Position numbers and translations under genes: made by a program
The notes under the pieces: model-generated
What the model was told of the DNA's origin: nothing
Databases searched by the model: none
What the model saw: the letters and a program-made list of their open reading frames with translations, nothing else
Shown here: positions 1-10,822 of the stretch, in pieces
Numbering within the stretch: position 1 is the stretch's first letter
How the letters are laid out: each line of letters opens with the position of its first letter
Source of the DNA: Takakia lepidozioides
Lineage: Eukaryota > Plantae > Bryophyta
Direction: 5' to 3'
DNA length: 64,000 bases
NCBI GenBank assembly: GCA_030704615.1
Contig: CM060733.1
Span: forward strand, 21,452,001 to 21,516,000

Positions 1-2075
1 CAAATGAAGAGGCACGATGCAAAATTTCTGATTTTGGGATTCAAGAGGCTTACCGTCGTCATGAAAGCTCCCCACTGTCTGTATCTGAAGTGCCAGAAAA
101 CCAACCAGTCCTCCAACTCCTTCAAGTGGATACCAGTAGCAGCACCAGAGGAGAACCACCAAGCCCAGATTGCTTGGTAAGTGCTCTCAGCTTCTCCCAT
201 TGAGTTGGCATTTTTGTACTTGAGACAAAGCCTTCTGTGTTCCAACTGAAGGTCAGGGCGAATGCACCGCTTTGTATGACGTGCTAGAGATTGACTCCAA
301 TGGAAGAGGCATGTGCGCTCCCTATTTTCCATTGGGACCTTAGGATCCCCCGAACCAAACACGCGCCGCACTGCATTGAAATTTGCCTGTGCACTATCAG
401 CCATGAAGCCCGCAAAATTTGTGTTCTGTATTCCATTGCGCTACATGACGGCCAAGAGCGATTTCCACATGAGCATCTGGGATTCAGTGTCCTCCGACTG
501 CATATCACAAATTGCTATTGAGAGCACACGCTGGTACGTTGGATCATACACATGGCACGCCATGGTTGTCCAACCCTTCACCCGTTTGCAGTGATCAAAC
601 ATCAACCAACATTTAGCCAAATCTCCTCCAGGTTGCATTCGGCGGACAATGCTCACACCACTGCCTTCGCCCACTGCGGACATCTTGAACAAATACACCT
701 TGGATGAGCCCTGGCCAGGGAAGATACTGTTTTGAATGAATTCATAGCGACTTCTCCGTTTGAGGTCCATAATGTTGTCCATGAATCCAGCAACGCCTGT
801 GCCGACTCTGAGTGCATTCACCTGGTTTTGAATATTGGGAGAGCTCAACATGGAGAAATGGTCCATCATTGCATCAAGCGAATCTGCATCCAGCATTGGT
901 TGTGTCGAATCCCCTTCACCCAATATGTGTTTTTCCAGGAAAGCCTTGCTAGCTGCAAGCGCTATAGCAGAAGGTGTTGCACAAGGGGCATTGTGGAACT
1001 TCTGCTTCAGCAGATTTCTAGCGATGTCCACGCTATCCCTGCAACTTCCTTTGGACACATGATGCTCGTGTGCACCCATATGAATGCAGGCACAAGTCAT
1101 TGTCTTGCATCGGTGTGCCACCTGGTACATACGAGCGTGGCACACAGAAACACAGGACGGGGAAAGTTTGCAGAACCTGCACACAAAAGTATTGGTCTTG
1201 GGAGGGGCACGTCATGGGGTGAAAGGATTCAAGGGCACACCTTCCCACTCACTTTCGTTTGGTTGAGCGCTATTTCTCAGGCGAGGGCAAGATATATTCA
1301 GGCACTTGCAATGCCCAACGCAAACCGACCTTTGAAATTTCAATCCAATGTCGTTGTGGATGTTTGACGTTTTTGTCCTGCACCAAGGGTGTCCGTCATG
1401 TTTCTTGTCCATGCCCTACAGAAGCCCAACCAGTCCATTGGAAGACGTGGGAGGGTTGAGCTCAAACAAGATGTCCCCATCAAACTCTGCTGGCACGTAT
1501 TGAACCCGCTGCACACGAAGGGACTCCCAATCAACAAAACGCAGCTCGCTCTTGCACCCAGGCACCCCTGCGAGGGCTTTCAATTTTGGAATGACACTCG
1601 TTATCTCTTGCAATTCGGATTCATCCAAGAATGTAGTCTGCACTGGCGGAGGAATCTCAGAAACATCCTCCGAGGACGAGTCTGAAAGAGTCACGAATGT
1701 AGTGGATGTGCTCACCTCTTGTTTCACATGAACTGTGCCCTTTTGCTGCACGACCGATGCTGCAGTTCCAGGGGTAATGACTGATCCTGCTGATTGTCTT
1801 CTCTATTTTCCAAGGACACGGTATGTGCTTGGAAGGACTATCCACTTCCTTCCACACTCGCCAACCAATGGTTTCTCCAAATGTCCAGAATCCAAATTCC
1901 CATCCTCGTCATACACCTCTTTTTGAACAAGCAGAGAACCCAATTCCAGTGGGAACACTGTAACCAGCTCATCCTCATGAACAACTACAAACCCATCGTC
2001 GTCTGCAGTGGCAGTCAGTGGAAGACTACCTACATTGGAATGAAATCGGGCTAGTCTATCTCTGTCCCTGGACAT
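1..2075 (-). pseudogene. Mutator-like (MULE) DDE transposase with N-terminal GCM/WRKY-like Cys/His domain; in-frame stops; runs off the left edge
   Basis: ORFs 1416-1751, 1212-1412 and 441-1184 are joined in frame across stops. Motifs: WLMFDHCKRVKGWTTMACHVYD (first D), then past TAG at 441-443 GFMADSAQANFNAVRRVF...RTCLFHWSQ (second D + CxxH, typical of MULE). N-terminal WCRTKTSN...RSVCVGHCKC...C...CRFC...C...H.H cluster. Likely GTAAGC donor near position 54. Confidence 0.8.
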
Positions 2076-3040
2076 GTTTTCCTACGCTGACCGAAACTTT
2101 CGATTCACAACGGAATCCCCGAATTGATAGCCCGCAATTCTCGAAAGGGGATCCACCACAAAAAAAATTGAGGTCAACAAGGGTAGCACTAACCCAAAGG
2201 CTGCGGGCGATGCATCAAAAGGATGCAGGAATGACATGCACTGAACTTTGGAGATAACCACGCTGAGAGACACCAACTAGAAAAACTGTTTTCAAATACA
2301 GGAAGCCACAAGAAGCCGTGCTGTTTTTGGATGAAAAACAAACCCTGAACATGACATGAAACCATCCTTTATGGAAAGACGGCAACAACCCTAGAGAGCA
2401 ATAAACAGGAAGACCCTGAATGTAATGAGGTCGTGCCGTGCCAGAAGAGCACAACACAAACACTGACACTCCAAGAGTCACCTCGCACGGATGTGTGCAA
2501 CACAAGATCATTTCCGACACAACCCTTTATACCGAATGACCCCATGGCGACGATGATGACAAAATGCAAAGCACAGGGCAGGCAGTACGAAACACGTGGA
2601 TGCATATGTGAAGCACAACATTTATGGCGAATCTGCAAGAACTGCTCCAAATTGAACTAGCATTAGATTTCTACGGCACTTCCGAATTTGAAACCATGCA
2701 AGAAGGCCGCCATATATTGGTAGGCTGCGAAGTACATCTGACATATATCACAAGTACATGCAACGTATGTACATATTTTCTAGCACTTTATTTCTTGAAT
2801 AATACAAAGACGCCGAAATGGATGAATTCCGTTCGCACACAATAACAACACCCGCATCCAAATACGGTTGACAATGTCCAATTTTGATTTTGGTTACATG
2901 CAATAGCAACCCTTGTTGCAAACGTCAAACTGGAGAGCTCTAGAGGCATCGTGGGGAGCCCTTGTTTCTAGAGGAGGAGGAAGAGAAGGAAGTCATTATA
3001 CGTCACGAGCTGTAGAAACAGGAATAGAGCCAGATATAGA

Positions 3041-6000
3041 ATGAGGATGGAAAGAGTGGCCGAAGAGGAAAAGGCGGAAGAAGAGGGCAAAGAGCAAAGT
3101 TCGGCGATGGAAGAGCAGGAATCCGGGGAAGAACAACAGCTTGCCATAGTTCCAAGAACAGATGAGGAGGACACTGCATCCGAGGGAGAGGCAGACGCCG
3201 AAGATGATGTTGACGCTGGCCTCACGAAGAACCTAATAGTGGAAGAGAGGATGGGGGGGATGCTCCAGAACATGAGAGGCGTGGAGAGCAGTCCGAATCG
3301 CAAAGGGTCCCCGGCGATTGTGGAGTCTTCTGGAGCAGCCAATAAAAAGGTACAATCTTTGAAACCCACCTTTGTGCTTCATTGCTGATGTGAACCCAAG
3401 TTGAGATTCTATTTCGATACGAACATAGTCTACACACGGCATCTCTGCCAGGTTGCATCAACGGCGAACAAGAAGCTCAAAAAGTGTGCGTTGACGCACA
3501 CTGTTTGAGCCTTCCATTTTGTTGGCTTGTTGATGTCTGAAACGGCCAAATTGGGGAACTACGGCAGGTTAAATCCACCACGAATTGGATGCTGAAATAG
3601 TGTGCGTTGACGCACAATCATCACTTACCTGGCAGCTCAGATAGTGTGAGTCAACGCACACTGTTTGAGCTCACCATGTCATTGCATTTGTCATCTGAAA
3701 ATCGGCCACATAGGGTTTGTATTTGAGGTTCAATCATCACTTACCTGGCAGCTCAAACAGTGTGCGTCAATGCACACTGTTTGAGCTCACCATATCATTG
3801 CATTTGTCATCTGAAAATCGGCCACATAGGGTTTGTATTTGAGGTTCAATCATCACTTACCTGGCAGCTCAAACAGTGTGCGTCAACGCACACTGTTTGA
3901 GCTCACCATGTCATTGCATTTGTCATCTGAAAATCGGCCACATAGGGTTTGTATTTGAGGTTCAATCATCACTTACCTGGCAGCTCAAACAGTGTGCGTC
4001 AACGCACACTGTTTGAGCTCACCTTGTCATTGCCTTTGTCATTTGAAAATCGGCCATTGAGGGCTTCTCTTTGAGGTTCAATGAACACTTACCTGGCATG
4101 TCTCTGAGGTTCAATGAACACTTATGTGGCATGTCTCTGAGGTTCACTGAACACTTACCTTGCAGCCCAAATAGTGTGCGTCAACTCACACTGTTTGAGC
4201 TCTCATTTTCTTCCACACATGGCCTGTTTGCCATGCTCAAACACCATCGTCTCATGCCTCACTCTTATATCAATTTGAATGGACAACCCTGTAGGAGAAG
4301 ATGCAAAGTGTGGCGGAGGAGATCCCTTCGGGGCTGGGGAAGGATATCATTGTTGATGTTGACGATGAGTTCTATGAAAGCAAAGCCGCTGAGATGCTGG
4401 GGGGTCAGAAGGTAAACTCTCAGCTTGTGGTGCAAAGTATGCTTGCCCCGGGTGGGAGGTTGAAGATTCCCCTGTGTAGGATGGTTTCCATGCCCGTCGT
4501 TCGACCACCCCTCATCAAGGACATTCTCAAGCTAGAGGCCAAGTTTGTTCATGGGTATTTGGATGGATCCGCAGTGTTTTACGTTTGTACAAAGGATTCC
4601 ACAGGCAACGAGCTCCTTGTGGATGAGTCAATTGTGGACTCCTGGGATCCTATTTGGAGACAGGTGAACAAATCCTTCGAACTTCTTCTCTCCAGGAAAC
4701 CTTCCACCCAAGCATTCTCGGGGAAGATGTTTCACGTTTGGGATGGGAACCACCGATTGCTTGCATGGATGGCTGTTATTGGGAGGCTGCACTCACAGAG
4801 GAAGAGTGGCATTACTCTGTTCGATCGATGGTGCTGGATTGTGAGGGGAACATGATGGGTCTTCTGACGGCAATGAATGATGTGAACAGGTTGGTTTCTC
4901 ATTCTACATGTTCCACTTGTAGTTCCGTGGTTCTTTGATTAAAGTCCTTGAATTTCATTCTGACTTTTAGATATCATTCTGCAGAGGAACGGAGACATCG
5001 CATGTCAAAACGAGTCTGGTTCACACACTGTATAGGATACAAAGGATCGGGCAGATGCCCTTGACCAACTTCAAGACCATCCTTTCAGCAGAGACGTACA
5101 AGAAGTGCGAAAGCTCCAAGACATCGGAAACGTGGTACTCGTTGACACGTGAGGCTTTCATGGAGTACATGTACATGGTGAGATACATCTTCCTTCATCT
5201 GCCCTTTCCATATTCCTGCTTCCACATGTTTGTTTCTGTTTGTTTCCCTTGCCCTTGGGTTGATGCAACTCTCGTGCATTCCCTTGCAGCAAGACATTGC
5301 AGATGCAGGGGAGCGTGGCAAACTGGAATACTACAGGTCAACCCCTGAGGAGAGAAGGACAGCAAAGGGGGTTGAGACTCACATCCAAAAAGAGATGACT
5401 ACAAGAAGGACTATAATGAGTGCTTTTGTGAAGCAGTTGAGAGTTGCCGACCCATCATTCGGATCGCAGTTTCTCTTGGAGATAAAAAAAACCATTATAA
5501 CAAGCCAGGCAAGCCAGAGATGGCCCAGGAGAAGTTACACAGGTTGTCTACCGCCGTTGTGTCTTCAGAACAGAAGGTTTTGTGGCTACAGATATGGAAC
5601 TCCGATCCCACAGTTAGGGATACCCACATGTTCCCCAGGCCGGAGAAAGAGAAGAAGACCCAGCGTGTCATTCCAGTCAGTGACAGTGTGCTGGACACAT
5701 GGCTTCACAAGGCCACTTACTGGAGCCAGGTGTGATGTCCTTTCCTGTGTCACTTTCTTTTCTCTTTTCCTTTGCCTCTCACATTCGCTATGATTTTTTT
5801 TGGGTTCATTCTTGCATTTGAATGTTTTGCAGTTGGAAGAAAGGGCACGGTCGGTTCTGCATACTCAGCTGGCTGACTATGGCATCACTATGACAGCACC
5901 GAAGGTCTCCTTCGAAGCATACATGAGGAAATGGAGAGCCACAGTGTGGCACTCTTGTTTCTTTAGAGAGTTCAGCAAGGAGGGTGGCATCAGTCGAACA

Positions 6001-8371
6001 CATGACCTTGACCAGCAAGAAAAAGGAGAGGAAGCCTGGAAACGATGCCTTTATAGGTGCACACCCTGGGCCGTTCAGGCTACTTAGTGTGCTGTGGTTG
6101 CAATGTACTGTGACGCATACAGTTTAAGGGGGTCTTCCTGGTGTGATGGAAAAACTGAGAGACAATAATTGCATTGCATAATGAGGCTGTCTTTGTTCCT
6201 GCAGGTACATAAAGTTTGTTCTCATGGAAGAGAATTGCTTGGACAAACATCCAGATTTCGTGGACCTCTGGCTTGTCCCTGCTGGCAATCAGACCATGTT
6301 TACTACTGGGATCTTGCATGACTGGGGCCCAGACCATCTTTCTTCTTGTGGTTGGTATTTGGATTGCCCTCCTTCTGAGACCCCAGCTCCGGAGGAGTCT
6401 TTGAGGAGAGAGAATGAGCGAATTGCAGCCACTGCCGCAGCAGCCGACCTCGACATTCATGAACAAAATTTGAGGACTCTTGCAGAGAAGGAGCCTCCCG
6501 CTCAGGATACCCCGGGTAGAGGTAGAAAGGCAAAGGGGAAAGATGTTGCTGGTGTTGTGGGGAAAGGAAGGGGTAGAGGGAAGGTGGCACAAGGGCAGGG
6601 AAGTGTTGCAGATATTGGCCCAGTGGTGCATGTCCAGCAGACTCCACCGCATGGTAGGGGATCCGTGAGAAAGAACAAGGGGGTGGTTGATCCAAGGACC
6701 CGTACCATGTAGTGGAACATCCGACGAGGGTCATTCGCCCTACCAGGTTGGAGATGGCCAACGTCGGATTCCTTGCCATGATGGAGTCCAAGAAATCTGA
6801 TTACAAGGGCGAGCCATCACCAGTGTGGGAGAGGATTGTAGAGTTCCTCGGCACGGTGCGTGTTCTCTTTTGCTTCTTCTCTGCAGTGGGCATGGATCGT
6901 TTCAATCCTCTTGAGTATTCCATTGTAATTCTAAAATGACCAAATCCTGGGTGAACGGGAAGGAGAAGCAATATGCAGCCGAACTCATAATCTTGGACAT
7001 CCCTGATGGGTTGGTAGTCCCGGATGTCCCTCCATCGGGTGCTTGTCCGGGTTGGAATGCTTTTGATGAGCGCTACTGGCGGTGGGTTTTCTCCTTTTGC
7101 AATTTTTTCCTGTCCGATGCAGGTGTTTTGGTGCTCATACAGTCCGCCGACGTTCGCTGTCGCCGTGCACTTGCCAGCTATTTGAAAGCCTCGGGCATGA
7201 GAGTCCTGAAGACATGGAATTGTGTGAACAACATGTACCTTACGAAGGGGGATCGTCCGGGAGAGATGGTAAATTTGCCTTGTTCTTCCTCTTCTTGGTG
7301 GTTCTCGGATGGAGTTGTGTAGGTCGCTCGAACTCATATGTAGGGGCCTGATTTTTGAAGCTTCTTAGTTCCTTCTGGATGTGTTGTTCGCAGACTCGTT
7401 TGTTTGAAGCTGTTTGTCTCGTCCGAGTGCATCCACCAACGACTCCGGCCGACATTTCGGAGTTCGCCATCACTCATGGGGGCAAGTTCATAGACGACAG
7501 GACAGATCCTCCAACGGATGACATGCACCACAACTACGTCGACAGCAACGTCTGCTTGCGAAGGGGGAATGGGGTTCCTTGGAGAGGGGCGAGGGAGAGG
7601 AGCCCGGCTTTCATTTAAACGATTGTGGAGTGCTGCACCTACACAGACGCCAGAGTTTTGGATTTGTCAATGGGCACAGGTTTGTCTCTTCAACATTCGG
7701 ATTTCATGAGGTTTGATTCAGCTTGCACTTTCAGTACTTCCTACCGTTCCATATGTGTCTTCAATGTCTGCTTCCTTCATTCTATTCCACTGCAGGTGCT
7801 TCGTACCACGCTTGCAAGGCCAATGCCCGACATCTCTTTGGGATTGAAGGGGATGCTGAGATTTACAAGAACCTCCTGATGGGTTTGGGTGGACACACTT
7901 CTCAAGTCCTTCCCAAGCCCCGTCCCGCTGATATTGATGCAGAGGAGACTTCCGACAAGGAGCTGGACTCCAACTTTGCCTGTGAGTAAGTTCAACCTGT
8001 GGATGCTTGCATTGTTGTTTCAATATCGAGAATCACTCTTCTTGAGGCAAAGTTCACATGGCAGACATCCTCTTCGTTGGACTTGTGTATTGCATATTGT
8101 GTTCTAAATGGGTTTTGTCGACATGTGCAGGAGTCCGCGTGCTTCCACTTGCCCTCCAGGGCTATCACACCTATTTGGACTTCTTTCCAGTCCTCCTCGG
8201 TCTTGCGAGCTACCTGTCTATGCGGAGGCACTCGCAACAAGCATGACCGTTCATGGCACTCGGAGTCCACCCATCGACGGCCGTGGTAGAAGACGTGGTG
8301 CTGGGGCCAGAATCTTTGTGGATGACATAGCAAAGGAGGTCGAGACTGATTCTGATGACTGTGACACTTGA
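3041..8371 (+). pseudogene. Multi-exon ParB/Srx-like domain + beta-class (N6A/N4C) DNA methyltransferase-like fusion gene, divergent from the transposase; carries frameshifts and a stop
   Basis: Exon 1 3041-3349 (AAG|gt) splices in phase to 4295 (gtag|GAG AAG ATG). MFHVWDGNHRLLAW near 4730-4770 is the ParB/Srx DGxHRxxA motif. AELIILDIPDG near 6975-7010 resembles motif IV (DLIxTDPPY). WRGARERSPAFI near 7580-7615 resembles motif X (HPTQKP-like). VLDLSMGTG|ASYHACKANARHLFGIEGD (7655-7855, split by an intron) matches motif I (FxGxG). Frameshift near 4795; TAA at 7616. Confidence 0.75.
3473..4202. repeat. Tandem array with 116-bp period; each unit carries a ~38-bp near-perfect palindrome; lies in intron 1 of the ParB-MTase gene
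   Basis: AGCTCAAACAGTGTGCGT-CA-ACGCACACTGTTTGAGCT recurs with its gctc at 3635, 3751, 3867 and 3983; degenerate copies near 3474, 3590 and 4164. Confidence 0.95.
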
Positions 8372-8449
8372 TATGAAGTTTTCTCTTGGTTTTATTCGGG
8401 GCCAAATTTGAAATGGGATGGTTGTGTGTCCTTGTTGTCCTGTTTGCAA

Positions 8450-8765
8450 TGTGTGCGTGGAATGCACATTAATGGGAACAAACTATTGTTGGAGATGGGG
8501 GTTGCATGGACTGCCCGGATTGTTCCTTCAATCTATTTAGTGTTCTCTGGACCTGACAGACTTGAGTGCATTGCAAAAACAAACAAACGACTTTGGTTCG
8601 TGTACAGCATTCCCGCATCATTTGGTCATTGGTCTCCAAACCATTCCTGCTAGAAGAATGGTTGGTGAATCCATCACGGTGAAGTCCACCTCATCAAAGA
8701 GTTGTGAGGCATTCTCAAATCTAATGAGCATCCATGATGCTCCCGCACATACCTGGCATGTTCGC
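8450..8765 (-). pseudogene. Highly decayed PLS-type PPR remnant
   Basis: Minus-strand traces CGSIMDA...(FDE)...GLETNDQMMRE...VC..CNA resemble the PPR remnants at 31500-33450. Confidence 0.35.
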
Positions 8766-8778
8766 AAGGGTGGTGAGT

Positions 8779-9840
8779 AAGAAAAGATTTCGCAGGGTTC
8801 CGCTTTAGATCATGTCAGTGTGCACCTCCTCACGACGTACCCACATACACTTGTGAGGGCTTGGTATGTTGATAACGTCTGCATGGATGCAATGGATACA
8901 ATGGATGTAACATATCCACTCTGCATTCCCGGGAAATGGCTGATCAACCCGCGGAAATAGGCCCTGTATGTATGCTGACGTGGCGTGAGCCTGTGCTGGG
9001 CTCACGGTTTCCTGGGCTCACAGGCTCACAGAATAGCACCCCCCCCTTGGAGGCCGGCACCCCGTGAACCATGGGCAGGTGAATCCGGGGGGATACCCCT
9101 AGGGTATATGGGGTATCAAGAGGCTAGAGAGGTATGGGATTCAAGTTGTCTTTTGTTGGTGATAATAGCAGTGAGGGAACGTACTAAGCGTAGTTGGGTG
9201 GATAGCTTTGAAACATTTGTGTATAGGAGAAAATGGAATTTTAAAATTATTGTGGAGGGCAGAGATACTAGCATTGTGGATGCCACCTTGTGTGCTGTTA
9301 GGGGACCGGTTGACCAGCCACGACGGCAGATAGCCCGGATGAGCGGGGCGTATTTTTGGCATTTTGTTTTATATGGAGGAGACGAGATAGCGGTCATTAC
9401 AATATATAACTCAATGAAGTGTATAGTAAATTCAGGGAATGGGAGGCTAGGAGGCGGGGTGCTTATGTATTAGAAGTATATCCGGACAGGGTCTGGCGAG
9501 ACATGTGTGGCCTGCACGAGCACGGCAGGAGCCATGTAGATACAGTGTGGTCGGGAGGTCTACCTTGGTAGACTCCTGCATTGATGAATGAAAACCAGCG
9601 TGTTTCAGGTCTATTTTAGGAGGAGTTTATGGATGTGCCAAATGGCATGATTATGTCGGGTAACTCGTAGGCTGTGGATGATAGGGTGTGTGCATTGGCT
9701 AAGCAAGGGGAGCCATGTGTCAGGGGTCGAGTGTGTACTCGCACAGAGTAAGCAGTTAGGGGAAGGTAAGAGACGTGGCCAGAAGATGTGTTTGCGTTGG
9801 TAGCCCATGTAGGCATATCTGAATTTGAGGGTCTGCCTTA
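8779..9840 (-). mobile_element. Non-LTR retrotransposon copy 1, 3' part (CCHC knuckle + restriction-like endonuclease), Dualen/RandI-like
   Basis: IRQTLKFRYAYMG...NCLLC...DTWLPLLSQC...RHNHAIWHIHKLL...PD...QKYAPLI...GW...NKRQLE. Homologous to 20110-21257. The 3' limit is inferred from gaaaagatttcg at 8781, similar to gaaaagactccg at 20108. Confidence 0.75.
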
Positions 9841-10069
9841 TGTCGTGCGCATACATATCGCTACACAACTACATCGCTGTCCAAAACCACACAACACATG
9901 TGCACACCACACACTAGTATACCACTAGTCCAGCCACTAGTTGGTTTAGTGTCTTTTACCACTCAAAATGAGTGGTTAACAGAGTGGTTATTCCGCGTTT
10001 TTAGGCTACAGCTAGTCAGTCACTAGGCTGCCACTATGATGCCCACTATGGCAGTCACTAGTCCACACA
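9841..10069 (-). repeat. Terminal repeat A2 (element 3' end), with a ~64-bp insertion relative to A1
   Basis: Matches 10400-10564 except for the extra sequence at ~9941-10004. Confidence 0.93.
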
Positions 10070-10070
10070 A

Positions 10071-10397
10071 TGATAAAGAAGAAGAATATGAGTACAAGCT
10101 CATGCGAGCTCACAAAGCTGAAGCATAAACTCATGCATATATAAACTCATCACTCAAATACAAGTCAAGCCAAGTGCACCCCACGCCATGGGGAATCCAC
10201 ACTACGGCGCCATAGCTAGGCGCGGTGAGGCTCAACTCGAGAAAGATGAGCCTCCCGCGCTTGCCGTGAAGATAACCACTCCAGGGCCTAAATCTGCCTT
10301 GACCTCTGGATTGACACTTGGGCCAATCCCAAATGTCAATATGTAAAAGCTAGCTATTTCCTAGCTAGTTTCACACTAGTGGTAAAATAACTTGACA
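10071..10397 (-). repeat. Repeat B2 (327 bp)
   Basis: Near-identical to 18851-19177. Confidence 0.95.
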
Positions 10398-10399
10398 GC

Positions 10400-10564
10400 T
10401 GTCGTGCGCATACATATCGCTACACAACTACATCGCTGTCCAAAACCACACAACACATGTGCACACCACACACTAGTATACCACTAGTCCAACCACTAGG
10501 CTATAGCTAGTCAGTCACTAGGCTGCCACTATGCTGCCCACTATGGCAGTCACTAGTCCACACA
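10400..10564 (-). repeat. Repeat A1, joined to B2 by GC inside the palindrome GACAGCTGTC
   Basis: Junction reads cttgaca-gc-tgtcgtg at 10391-10406. Confidence 0.93.
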
Positions 10565-10566
10565 AT

Positions 10567-10576
10567 CGCCCCCCTA
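10567..10576 (-). promoter_or_regulatory. Polypurine tract immediately upstream of A1
   Basis: Minus strand reads TAGGGGGGCG-AT-TGTGTGG. Confidence 0.7.
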
Positions 10577-10822
10577 GCTGGTGCTTAGGTCCCTCTAAGT
10601 CCAGGTAGCCACAAGATGTGATAGTGACCATAGCCTCACTAAGTCCTCCACCACTATCCCTACTACACTCAAACTCGATAGATCAAGAGGCCGGGTGCAA
10701 GAGTTGCCGCATCCTTAGTCGCCATCTTGCAACCTGTGAACTTGAGCTTGGGATCTCATGTATTGACTTCTATGAGCTTGGCCCCATGTCTTGTTAGCTA
10801 CCTCCAGTCATGTCCATTGCCA

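Noticed and set aside
3622-3640. U1 snRNA gene
   Set aside because: Only ~10-13 nt match the U1 5' end; no U1 stem-loops or Sm site follow.
3473-4202. CRISPR array
   Set aside because: The sequences between palindromes are near-identical rather than unique spacers, there are no cas genes, and the context is a eukaryotic intron.
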